A stretch of DNA of 54,170 nucleotides, the filler included, from Dimargaris cristalligena (Eukaryota), in the NCBI GenBank assembly GCA_003614675.1. It is 4 parts of 4 records of this genome, joined end to end, with 100 filler letters (N's around TTAATTAATTAA, not from the genome) between each part and the next. Parts side by side here need not be neighbours in the genome. Positions count along the whole stretch, not along the records: positions 1 to 13,531 come from ML002985.1; positions 13,632 to 27,127 come from ML002986.1; 2 more parts are not named here. One strand, given 5' to 3'. Positions 10,319 through 22,180 of the stretch are shown one piece after another; the stretch's first letter is position 1, and the number at the start of each line of letters is the position of its first letter. The notes beneath the pieces were generated by a model. The model did not search any database. It saw only the letters and a program-made list of their open reading frames with translations, and was not told the DNA's origin. A program made the position numbers and the translations under genes.

Positions 10319-11035
10319 TTACGAGGAAGTGTGAGCGGGAACCTTGTGGCTAGTAACGGAGTCCTTCAGTGGCAACGAGTCAAGGTGGTGGGCAACCTTC
10401 TCCTCCGCCGCAGCAGGCGTACTATAATTAGGGGAGTACGAGCGACGACCCTCGGGGGAGTTGCTTGAACCCTGGGAGTTGTGACTGGTACCCACGATGG
10501 CGGCAGTTCCCAGCAGAGCGGCCAGGGTAATAAACTGGGCGTAGACACGAGCTTGGACCAGCTTATTCATGGTGGACATGTGCTTCTGGCGCATCAGGTA
10601 ACCGAGGGAAATGCCCATACCGGAGGCCCAGGTGGTCCCGATAATACTCCACTGGTGGTCCTGGACAAAAGTCCGGGCGCGGGTCAACAGCGGCGCATCG
10701 GCCGTGGCGGCGGCGACCTGGTCGGCGGAGGGCGCGACAATGGGCTTCCCGGTGGCGTCAAACCGGGCGGTCAAAGGGGCTGGGGTTTTGGCGTGCTGGC
10801 TCTTTTCGTAGACCCGACCGGCCCGTTCGCTTTCGATCATAATAACGGAGGCGATGCCGGAAGTGAGCAAAAAGGCCTTGAAGGGCAAGGTCAGGCTGCG
10901 GAAAGGCATCCAGTAGCGATTGAGCAGGTAGGTGGTGGGGACGAACACGGCGGTACTGAGAATACCTCCACGGATGCCACCGTCGATATGGGCCTGGTAG
11001 GCCTCGTCTTCCTGCTCTTTGGTGAGGATCTTCAT
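10319..11035 (-). CDS. RCF2: Respiratory supercomplex factor 2 (HIG1-domain mitochondrial membrane protein)
   Basis: N-terminus MKILTKEQEDEAYQAHIDGGIRGG matches Rcf2. HIG1 motif KLVQARVYAQFITLAALL; four hydrophobic segments; intronless 238-aa ORF. Confidence 0.9.
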   Translation of the reverse strand: MKILTKEQEDEAYQAHIDGGIRGGILSTAVFVPTTYLLNRYWMPFRSLTLPFKAFLLTSGIASVIMIESERAGRVYEKSQHAKTPAPLTARFDATGKPIVAPSADQVAAATADAPLLTRARTFVQDHQWSIIGTTWASGMGISLGYLMRQKHMSTMNKLVQARVYAQFITLAALLGTAAIVGTSHNSQGSSNSPEGRRSYSPNYSTPAAAEEKVAHHLDSLPLKDSVTSHKVPAHTSS

Positions 11036-12273
11036 GGTGGCGAGAGGGAAAAAGGTGAGGGACTAAAAAGATTCTATGCGATTGGGTGGGGGGATAGACA
11101 GAGTGCTCTATAAATGATACAGTGGGGAATAAATAATTGTTGAACAGGCGGTGTGGGCGGGGAAATATCACTCAATAGTAAAAATGGAATAAAATAATTG
11201 TGGAGTAAGGCAAAAAGGGAGGGCCGGATTATGTGGGGGTTTTATAGGGGACGGCGCTTTCTCTTTAGGCAACCGCATATAATCATGAATGGGACGGCTT
11301 GCGTGGACGATGGTGGTGGCTGGTTACACTATGACGACGAAACGAATTGGGGGCGCAGCACGCTCCCCCGTAGAAGTAGGATTCCCTATACTATAGGTCA
11401 GTGGAAACTGGAACAAACCGTCCGTCCCGCCCCGCCCCGCTATTGGCCCACGCCCAATAGCACCCGTGTTCCCTCATTTACTGGGCGGGTGAGTCCGGGA
11501 TTGCCGTTGGGGCACAAGGTCCAGAGAAGGAGGTTGCTGTTGTTGGAGTGGGCCATCGTCGTCTTTCGGAGAATCCCCCCCCCAAACATATATTGGCGGC
11601 CATCTTACTTGATTTGGAAGTCGGGTATTTTAAGGTTAAGGTAGGGGCCGCCGCTGGACTGTTTTTACTGGCAACCCAACTCCGAGCTGCAATGAATGAG
11701 TCTGGAGTAAGCTGTCAAATCTGCTGCGCACCCTCGGTCCGGCGGGGAACACTTTACTTCACCACCGTGCCGCGCCAATTAGATATCGTATCTTATATTG
11801 CCAATACCATCGCGGTACGGGCAAATTATAGATAAGAAACTAACTATCTCTTGTGCCCAGAAGAGTGATTTATATTAATAGAGCAATGACGTATAAAGCG
11901 AACGCCATCAAAATATAATAGATACATGTTGCGGTTGAACGGTTTGCGGGGCATACATGGTACGGTGGTGGGAAGTGGAGCGAACTACTACCACGCCCCC
12001 TCCTTCGAAAGAGGTGTAACCTAGAGCTCTGTAAATAGCACCCCCATGATCGAGAAAGGGAAAATCTCTGAACTCAACGACCAAGCAAGTGAACACGCGA
12101 GAGAGGCCGGCCGGGCGCAGAATCCCACCCGATTCCCCTTCCCTCTTTCGTCTCTAAGGGTTGGCTCAAGTCAGACTCATTCTTTTTTGAATTTATACTC
12201 AAATCAATTTACCTGAATTCCCCTCCGAGTCCCCTGATCCCCTCTCGCCCCGTACGCAACTGCATTCCCTACC

Positions 12274-13531
12274 ATGGCGGATTCCCTTGCACCAACCACC
12301 TCCACTAGCCCGGCCCCTCAGCAGGCCAAGCGGGTCAAGATCGCCAAACCCAAACTAGGGAAGCCCGAGGGTCCCGGCCGGTGCCATTACTTTGTGGCCC
12401 GCAAAAACAAGTACTGTTCGCTAATCCCCAAGACCGACCAGTACTACTGCGGGGAACACGCCGTGTTCGTCACCTTCCCTGCAACAACCGCCCCCGGCGA
12501 CAATGCTGCTGCCAGTAATGCAACCCCTGCTGACAGGTCCTCCGGCCAAGCGACGGCAAAGGAGGCCGATACCACCACCGCCGGCGCCCCCCTCACGGTA
12601 CTACCGCAGCGGGTTCCCTGTCCCCTCGACCCCTCCCACACCGTCAACCTCAAGGGCCTCGAACGCCACATGAAGTTCCGGTGCAACGCCCGGCCGCCCG
12701 AAACCACCCCGGCCTATTTCCGGGAAGACTACAACGTCGCCGGGGTCCGCCACCCCGAGCCCACCGAGGGACCCGTGGTGGACCCCCGGTTGATGCATGA
12801 GCTGGGCGACTTGAGCTCCGTGTCGTTTGCTTACCGGAAGAAATCCAAACTCTACCACGACTTGATTCAGAACCAGCTAGGTCAGCGCGTTACTTTGCCG
12901 GCCAAAGCGGCGGCCGAAGCAGAAGCCGTAACAGCAATAGAAACAGAAGTAGTAGCAGTAGCAGGTGCCCTCCCCGCTACGCTGGACCAGGTACCACCAA
13001 CACCGGCGGCGAATGCCACCGGACTCCCCCCATTCGCCAAACTGGACTGGTCAGAGCTATCTCAATTGGCCCAACGGGCCTCCGCCATCTACACCCGACA
13101 GGCCGATCAGTTCCGCGAGCGCCACCCCCTCCCTTCCTGCCCGAGCGGAACCTCTGATTCCTCTTCGACACCCCCCCTATTCCCCACCGAAATTTTGGAC
13201 CACCCCGCACTCAACCAGCGGCGCCAGCAAAAAACCGCCGTCAAACACGTCGTTCAGCAGGCCTCCCTTCTCGGCCAGCTCGAAAAATTGGGTCTCCTTC
13301 GCCCAACCTACCAATTCGTCGAATTCGGGGCGGGCAAGGGGGAACTTTCCACGTTCGTCCAGACGGCCTTTAACCTGCCGACCGAATCAGCATCACCCGT
13401 CCCGGAGGTGGCGTACACCCTGGTGGACCGCCGGAATTTCCGGAATAAATTCGACCGGGAAGTGGGCCATACGGTAAGGCGGATCCAGATTGATATCAAG
13501 GATTTGGATTTGGCCCGGGTGGACGGCATGC
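12274..13531 (+). CDS. TRM13: tRNA:m(4)X modification enzyme Trm13 (3'-truncated at contig end)
   Basis: CCCH finger (CHYFVARKNKYC..YCGEH), CHHC finger (RVPCPLDPSHTV..HMKFRCN) and methyltransferase motifs FVEFGAGKGELS, LVDR..R.K.D and RIQIDIKDLDL. Confidence 0.93.
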
Positions 13532-13631
13532 NNNNNNNNNNNNNNNNNNNNNNNNNNNNNNNNNNNNNNNNNNNNTTAATTAATTAANNNNNNNNNNNNN
13601 NNNNNNNNNNNNNNNNNNNNNNNNNNNNNNN
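13532..13631. other. Artificial contig linker
   Basis: 44 N + TTAATTAATTAA (stops in all six frames) + 44 N. Confidence 0.98.
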
Positions 13632-15607
13632 CACTGAGTAACGAGTTGATGCATCCGATTCCAAAACTCGGAGGACCCAGTCGGCATACCAATGGCGCCG
13701 GGCTGGTTCGTATCCATATCCTGTACACGGCGGTGCAGGGCAGAGAGGATATCCGAGGACTGGCGCAATTGGTACTCTAGCTGGGTCTCCATGGTGCTCA
13801 AATGCTCGATCTTACGACGAACAACATCGAGGGCTTCACTCATTTGACGGTCAATCGGGCCGTGGACCCGTGGGGATAAATTGTTCTCCAACGAGCCGAC
13901 ACGGGGCCGTGTGAAGCCACCCAAGCTACTGCCGGAATTAATCGGCGGCAGCATGAAAGAGGAGGAGCTGGACGTGGTGCGCGACATTTGGTCGGGAAAG
14001 GGACCACCCATCGGTCCGGGACCCGAGTGCGGTGGGAGGCGGGCTGGTGATTCGGATGGGTGGAAAGGCGAAGGGCCAGGTCCCCCATTGGGCAGTCCTT
14101 GGGCGGCAGGCCCGTTCGGGTGGCCTTCAGGTCCTCCATTGGCAGAGAACCCCCGGATATCCCGGTGCTCTCGCATATGAGCAGGTAGGGCCATACCAGG
14201 GGTTACGTCAGACGGACGACGGAAGGCATCGGGCGGCGAGGCTATCCGAGAAATCTGGGACTCGGAGTTCAGTCGAGAACGGGGTAGACCTGTAGGGGGC
14301 CCGCCCATACTGTGGGAAGATCGCAGTGGGGAGGATACAGGCATATTGGGACCGTGTCCCATTGAGGCACCGGGCGACTGGGGCGGATACCCATTGGGAT
14401 CGTTGGGGGGCCGCGGGTACGGCTTGTTAATGGTCTGCACCAAGGGACGATGAGACTGCGGCTGACCCGGAGCGGGACCATGGACAGGGGCAGAATAAGG
14501 GGCCTCGGCAGGTCGGGTCGTGGGGGCGGGGTCGTCGTAGTTGGGGGTGTAGACGGTTAGGTTCAAAGAGTTCTTCAGCTTAGGGTCCCGCGAGTGCATC
14601 GGCGAGCTCAGCGACGGGGTCATATTGGGCGGAGGGGGGTGGGGGCCACTACCGGGGGGGATTTGCATGGCATTGCCCGGATGGGGGTTGGAGTGGGGCC
14701 GGGCCGGATGTCCAACTGGGGGAGGCGGCGGCTGTGAGTATGGCCCGTTGGGGTGGTGGGCATTATGCAGCGGGGAAGGCAGGGCTGGGTAACCATCGGA
14801 CATCGGGATAGACCGCTGGCGTTTGGAAGGAGGACCCCCGTCCTGTCTGTCGGCCATGGATGATCGGCGCATTGCGTAGTCTGCCGACTCCCGCAAGCCA
14901 GGTCCGTAGGCGGGGTTGTAAGGTGGGTACCCGGGCTTATGGATGACCCCTTCATGGCTACGGTTGACGTCCCGGCTCATGTTGTTCGGTGGCGGGCCGT
15001 GAGGGGGGTAGTGTGGAGAGCGAGGTTCCGGGTAGCCCGCCCCGGTGACGGACGGTGTGGTGGTTCCACGAGCCATTTGGGCAGCCTGAGGCTCGCGGGG
15101 ACGAGTGGCTGGCTGGGTGGCACTAACGCTTCTCTGCCGCTCGTCTACTTTAATGGGAATATTACCCTCTTCAGTCGCGACTGGCCGGCGGATGCGGCTA
15201 AATCCGAGCGACAGCATAACATTGTTGGCCTGGCCGCGCTTGAACTCCTCCAAGCGGAAGGCACAGAAATTGGTCAGATGGGGCTGGTCAGGGAATTTGT
15301 AGGCAATGCTCTGTAGGGCAGCCACCATGATGAAGAGCTCATCGGTTTGGCTCTCCAGGATGTAAAAGGGGTCGAACCCCTTCAGGACAGGCAGGCAATG
15401 TGTGATATATTCGGGGAATTTGTTGAGAAAGACAGTGACGATGTCCCGCACACGGTAATAAAGGGGCGGACTAGCCGGCTGTGGGGAATTGGGGGAAGCG
15501 CGTTCCCGGTTCTGGAAATTGGGGAGTTCGGGGAAGGTGTATATGAAGAAGGATTCGGTCTGGTCCCCCGATTTGAAATCCCCCAGGTGATACTTAATAG
15601 CCTTCAT
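13632..15607 (-). CDS. Uncharacterised protein: ~140-aa N-terminal folded domain, long Pro/Gly/His-rich disordered region, C-terminal coiled coil (3'-truncated)
   Basis: About 658 uninterrupted codons with coding-like composition. NLS-like PPSKRQR; heptad segment LDVVRRKIEHLSTMETQLEYQLRQSSDILSAL. Runs into the linker. Confidence 0.85.
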
Positions 15608-15652
15608 GGTATAGATAGTGGCGGCTGGGCGAGTGCTGAACGAGCTAGGAGT

Positions 15653-16330
15653 CTATAAAAGGGCAATTGGTAGAAGGATGGTATGGTATGGCAGTAAAAT
15701 GGACGATAGCGCACACGTGGAACCAGCCATGGGTTAATTCAAGAGGTCCTAATTTAATGGCCGTGACGGCTAATTAGATGAATGAGGAACCCCAAGCGGC
15801 AGGGGCACCCACCCGCATAAGGTTTGTAAACTAGCCACATTCTTGACTGAATGGATGATCCCCACGGCACATGCATCCCTGCACGCAGTAAACTTGTATA
15901 AAAGGACCTTCTTAAGCGGGTACGGTTTAATGAGATGGCCAGTGTAGGACTACGCCTACCCAAAAGCACAAGCTACCGCCACATTAGGACTATTATTTTT
16001 TTCAGCTGGCGAAAAAAAAAACATAGGGGGGTGTGGTGGGTGACTGAACAACACTAAGTGGAGTGAACCAGTCAGTAACCATGGTGGCTAGTAAGTAGCC
16101 GGGGAAAAGGGTTCAAGGAGGAAGGCGTTTCGGACAGTGCACAAGTGGGAAGAAATGGGGTAGTACAGACTGATGATATCTGGTGGTTGGGAGAGCAACG
16201 AAGAGAGCCCTCTTGGGCCACAACCCACACACACCACTCCTTCCCACTGGTCCTTGGAACACCCGTTCTTCTGACTGGTGGGTGCATGCACACAGAAGGG
16301 TGTTGTTCAGTGGGGCTAACTAATACTTAC
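15653..16330 (-). other. Putative 5'-UTR intron of the 13632-15607 gene
   Basis: Minus-strand GTAAGT donor at 16330-16325 and TTTTATAG acceptor ending at 15653, 45 nt before the ATG. Confidence 0.45.
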
Positions 16331-19300
16331 GGTTGGACGCGTTGTTAAAAGGCAAATGTACTTCTGAAAAGGCGGTGACGCGGTTCTCGGAAAAAATACT
16401 GGAAATAGCCGAGGGATGAGTAAGTGAGTGAGAATAAGTAAGAAGCCTGAATAAAGCGACACGCCGCATTCAAAATTGAGAAATAGTTGGTAGGGTCAGT
16501 ACATGCTGAGCTGGCAACCGAGTAACGATGACCGAAAAAGGCTGAGGCACGCTTGGGCGAAATATAAAACACCCCCAGAAAGATAGACAAGCGAAGACAC
16601 TATTAACACAACTTAAAGAGCGAAGGGAGAAGAAAGAGGGTGGTCGACTGCTACAAGAGGCTTTTGGCGAAGGTAAATAAATATACAGTAAGTGAAAGAG
16701 AGCCGCGGCGGGGATATATGCGCATAGATAGACTATATGCACCAGGAATAAAGAAGCAGAGAATAGAGAAATATTTACGGGAGGGATTGATAAGCACAAG
16801 AAAGTCTAATGAACGAACAAACCGGAAACCCGGCCCGTGGAAGAATAGGAGAGGGTTTATAAAGAACCAGCGCCCCCAAAAAACAGCAAGAAGAGGGGGG
16901 TGACGACGAGAAAAAAGAGATTAGGGCCAATGGGCGATAAAAGGAGGAGCCCCCCTAAAACGGGACTATAATATAATGGAAGGAAGAGGAGCAGGCTTAG
17001 GCAATCCACATACACACAACACACACCCATCTCTTGTCCTTCCGCCTCTTTGTTCACGCTTCCCCTTTGGCCTAGCCCTGGCTACTCAAGGCCCCAAACC
17101 AGTGAGAAGAGGCTATATCCCGCCAATTAGCAAGTTGAACAACACGATTGCCTCGGCTCCACCGTTCTAACTAAGGAGGGGGAAGTGTGCATCCCTCCCG
17201 CCTTAATCGACTGGGTTCGTTTTTTGGTGGTTATTCTTATTCTAACTAGTAGTAGCCGATTATCCTAGCCATTCCCAGCTCTATACATTACTATAGTTCT
17301 TGGAGCAGACCTCCCTTCTTCTCCATATGCAGCTGCCGATGACCGAAAGATAGGTAGTCCCAAATAGTACTGAGCTGCAACATCGAATCGCTGCCAACAA
17401 AGAGTAAGATTTCCGAGTCCATTATACGCTATGTTTCTCTAGCCCCCTCTCCTTTGTGCCGTCGCTACTAAACGACTACTACCCTCTTGGGAATGGGTTC
17501 AACGGTCTTATCAAGGGAAATAGGGAAGGAACGGAGGAAAACAATAGCCAACCCGTGGTCACTCTCTCCCGTGTCCCGTCTTTTCCACGGAAGGTGCCGT
17601 CTTCCTTACTCCTAATCGCCCTGCTATGCCTTTGATTTAATCATGGACTATGGTCCCGGTTCCCCCGCATGGGTAATGCAAATAGATATGCCCCGCCCAC
17701 CCACTATGGCCAGCAACGAGCCCCTTTCGTCGGGTATTTCTCCAATGCGACCACTGTGAGAGGCCCAAAATTACTGGATATTTTTTTCAAGGGGCTTGAT
17801 TTTATCATAGTCAATTTTCCCGCCATTTAGCGAACCCTGGGCGTATTTCAAATTGCATCCGCTATACCTGCAAAATAGTGTTACCCCGCAAGGGGAATAT
17901 TACAAGCCCCCTCCCCTACTCGAGAATCATTAAGCTGCAGCAAAACCAGACACGCTCTATTCCAAAGGGACGGTGTAATCAGCCGCCGCCGCCTCCCTTA
18001 TCCAGAGCCGGCCAAGCCTAGAAGGCCCTTTAGATTATCTTTTTCCTAACTCTTCACCCACTCGTTTCGATGAAGAACCTGCGGCCAGTCTTTGTTAATG
18101 GCTAGGGCAGTCCGTCTATCAGCCGCCGTCAATCCCTTTGTGAGCTCATTGTTGGTATTGGGACGATGGTGTCCGGCTGGTGAGATGCGGCCGCCCCCTT
18201 ACGAAAATAGACCTGTATATACCCTCTTCTTTTTCGTTCCCTCGCCATACACTCACCCCCCACTTCAAAACGGATGTACCGATCCACCCCCACGTACTAT
18301 AATTTATAATTATTCGTAGAGACTTGGGGATCTACCGCCTCCACATTTATTCAATGCAACGGCACAGTGGCTCTAGTATAATATATATATATGGGTGAGG
18401 AGTGAATTATTATTGGCATACTAGGTTCACTGACCGTTCATTCTCGTTCAAGTATTCCTTCTGCCATTGCAATGTAGGGCTGGGAATATTTTGGGGGCCG
18501 ACTCCCCCCATCTATTCCCCACTCTTATATTTTGCAGGCCGACTGTATTAAAACAAGGGACTGGCCCGTTGGGAATTGGCTTACGGGTATAAAATGGAAG
18601 GGCAATCTCCTCCGCCAACCACCGCTCGGCAATCCTTTACCAGTCATGGTGCCTTCAGAGCGTGGTTGTCGCCTATTTGCAAGATGACGCACCAATCACT
18701 TCCGAAGCGTATGGCAATGATGTGCCCCTCCGTCTCCTCTCCTCCCTTCCCTTTTTTTCCCTTATACACACACATTGTCTAGATGGATCCGTCCCAACCT
18801 TGGCGCCCAATACCCGTGTAGTAATTACTATCCTTCCAGTAATTTCCGGATATCTACTTGACCATTTCGAACGGCATTCAACTTTTCAACGAGCCCAATT
18901 GCCAGCTCACGCTACCCGATGTGCCCTTGCCCTCTAATTGGTAGCGGGCGGATTCTATTGTAATTTGGTCAGCGGATAAGTAGAGTGTCCTGGCAAGATT
19001 CGAAGGCGGCGAATAGAGTCCTCCTCTGCCTGGCCTGCTGCTGTAAACGCGTCTCTATCGAACTGAGAATGGGAGGTAGATTCATAGATTTGCTTTATCC
19101 AATGGCCATTAGCTCTGGACCTAAAATCTCACCCATAAGTTTTTGAATGTGCCTCTGTATCGATTAATATGGAAAGTGGTTTTAACAATATGTTTTTGGA
19201 AGTAGGGTGTCACTATTATCCGTATATTTTTTGAAGAAAAAATAACATTTACAGTTCAGCCCATCGAGATGGAAATGTACGAAATAGAGTTGGCTGAATG

Positions 19301-19935
19301 AATAGGTGACACGTACTGTATCTTATCTCACCCACGATACACTCCGATGGACTGAATCGGGCCCCCATGACTTACATGTATTTCCAAACACGCGTTTGGC
19401 GTTTGTAAGTGTGGGGCTCTAACCAGTAAAGGTAGAAGCTGTAGACCACGTATAATCCGAATATACCTTTGGGCTATAATGATAAATGGGGCATTGTTCT
19501 GGATTAAGGTATACTCGAGGTATTATGGATTCTCTATAAACAAAATGGGTTTAGATAGCTCGCAAGCTACATTCACGAATTCCAAAAGAAAGTCCAAGAA
19601 GGGGTGCTAGCCAATTCAATATCTATATTCTTCTACAATCCAGCATTAGACCAGACCCTCCTGGTATCAAGTTCACAAGCAAGGTTTATGATACAGGTGA
19701 TGATGCGATTACAGTACTCAGCATTATTAGACGACTATACGTTCTCATCGGGGGATAGCCACAGTATCTACCCACCCCTTGTCGTTGATTTCCCCCTCCA
19801 CCACATTCAACCTAAGCCCATTTACTTACTGGCCTATATTGTCGTAGGATTACTCTAGTCTACAGTAACCTGCACTTTTCCCTTTTTTGTTACTCAATCC
19901 ATTGAATAAACCCCCACTATTTTTATTTTCAAGTC

Positions 19936-20919
19936 ATGCGCAGAGCATATGTGGAGCGAGCCCTAGTATGGCTGGTGGTTGCCTGTTTAGCAATTGCACC
20001 CACAGTCGCGGAAGACCCCAAAGGAACTCTTAAAACCCCCAGCCAGGCCACGGCCGAGCCCTACCAGGTCGGTGCAGATTCATCAGCCGACCTGTCTGTA
20101 CGGGTCATTACATTCATGGAAACAAAAACCTTTACCCATCTCGCGCTTGTGACCCAAACCGTGGTTGGGCAGGCCACCGGGGTTCCATTGTCCGACAACC
20201 ACCACCGGTATGATAATGGAAAGTCACCACCTGCCGCACCATACCCCGAGCATTCGGAACCCCCTGGAACCCAAAGGCCCAGTAGCTGGGGTGAGTGGGT
20301 TTGGTCACTTTGGCCAGTTCGGCTGGTTCGCTGGTTCTTCCGTACGGCGTGGTCCTTGGTGCCGTGGTTCTTGCTTCGTCCGATTGGGTCAGTTATCACC
20401 GGTTCCTTGTCATTTATGGGTAATTCTTTATGGGGCCTAGCTCGGGCTGTAGTCTGGGTTCCTCTAGCCTGCTTGCTAGGACTTCTCCTGGCCCTCACGC
20501 CAGTCCTGGGATTTCTCACCATTTCCACTATAGCTGGCATTCTGCTCGGCGGCCTGGTGGCATGGTCGAGCAACTTACTGCATCCCAAATCATCGTTACC
20601 GCTCGCGTCAGGGCAGTCGGATGAGTACCAGGGCTTCCCGAAATTCGAATCCAACTACCAGCAGTGCCTCCTCACAGACCACAAAACAGCTAATGGGCGG
20701 GGTACTCTGCCGGACAATCCGCCCATGGCAAGGTCGCTCCAAGACGTCCTCCCCAAACCCACTATTCCTTTGTTCCCCATACCACCGATATCACCCTTAA
20801 AGCCCGCACCGAATGATGTGGAGATGTCTACGCTGCCCAAGAGCCCCGTTAAAGTATCCGATCTACGATACCGCTCGCCCCACAAACGGTTATCTACCAA
20901 CGAATTGAATTCCGATTAG
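19936..20919 (+). CDS. Uncharacterised membrane protein (327 aa) with signal peptide
   Basis: Signal-like N-terminus, long Trp-rich amphipathic and hydrophobic stretch (about aa 118-215), Pro-rich tail. Pyrimidine-rich leader. Confidence 0.75.
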   Translation: MRRAYVERALVWLVVACLAIAPTVAEDPKGTLKTPSQATAEPYQVGADSSADLSVRVITFMETKTFTHLALVTQTVVGQATGVPLSDNHHRYDNGKSPPAAPYPEHSEPPGTQRPSSWGEWVWSLWPVRLVRWFFRTAWSLVPWFLLRPIGSVITGSLSFMGNSLWGLARAVVWVPLACLLGLLLALTPVLGFLTISTIAGILLGGLVAWSSNLLHPKSSLPLASGQSDEYQGFPKFESNYQQCLLTDHKTANGRGTLPDNPPMARSLQDVLPKPTIPLFPIPPISPLKPAPNDVEMSTLPKSPVKVSDLRYRSPHKRLSTNELNSD

Positions 20920-22180
20920 ATGATGCACTACTCTATAATACTTCACCTCCCGAAATCGAGGAGGTGGTATTTCTAGTATGCGGGCGAAAATGCCACCTTG
21001 TAGTTCCTAGCATGCCTAATTCATCAGAGGGGGACCGGTTGTGGTTTACTTCACCCAATAGTACACTGATATTATACCATCGATTCGGCCGTACCCTTTC
21101 GCACTAGTTCCCGCCTTTCAAACCCCACCTTTACGTATTTGGCCAAGATAATAATCATCTATTGCAATATTGCTCCAGCCATTCTTGTTATATTAAAGTA
21201 CTGGGTGGGTGAATGGGCCTAGTTCGATGATGGATCTCCGCCGCAATCCATCCATTTTTAATAGTTGCGATAAGCCATGTAATAAATACGCCTCTCCTTT
21301 TGGACTATTTTTAGTTTTGAAATCCCTGTCTATCCCCTTGTCATAGATGAAAGGTGGGCCAGTAAATCCGATACGTCGTAGGTCGTACTACACGCCCTTT
21401 ACGTTCCCCAATGTCTAGGTTAGAAGCCACCCATGTCACCTATCAAATGTCTCCAACTGTCTGATATGTTCCTAGAGACTTGTGTTAAAGTAGGGCGGCA
21501 TACCTAGCCCATTACATAGTTCTTTATCTTAATTATAGATAGGTATTGGGATTTGAATCTCTGACTATGTAGGCAAATGAGCTTTTGGGATATAAGGTAC
21601 TTCATTATTAGGGTAATACTCTGTCTTTTGTGGGCAAAATAGTGCCAACCATCACAAAATCAATAGTACCTGCTGCATAGGCAGCGGTCACTGGATTCTA
21701 GGCGATATACGTGTGAGCGAATAGGTAGGCAGCTTGATTGACTCGATGATGGCCTGTGTTGGCTCAGAGTTTCCTCGGCAGAACGTTGCACGCCTATACC
21801 TGCATTTTCAACCAGCTTTACTGCTCACAGGGTCCGCTGGGACATGGCGAATTTCGCACAACATCCCCGCTGGCAAACCGCATTAGGCCATAATCTACAT
21901 CTGTTTCAGTGTTTGAGACCAAATCTATGCCCTGGACTTCTTTACCATTCTCGATATTTCCTTTTTATCCCTCTACTTGTTCATCAACTCCGCTTAATTG
22001 GCCCAAAGGCTCGTCTTGCTCATTATTGACCCATCGCTAACTGCGTCACGCACCCCTGATCCCCTTATATTTTCCGAAAAACCGCCCCAACGGAGTAACC
22101 TGCAATTAAGAGTACCCCCCATCCACAACTTTCCTTTCAACCATCACATCCAGCCGCAATCGGCACCCCAGTTTCTCATC

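Noticed and set aside
10481-11113. Long antisense or alternative-frame ORFs over RCF2 (similarly 20061-20654, 24047-25792, 42953-43633)
   Set aside because: Shadow ORFs of GC-rich coding sequence with no motifs.
13576-13587. Recurring TTAATTAATTAA palindrome
   Set aside because: Synthetic six-frame stop spacer inside N-runs.
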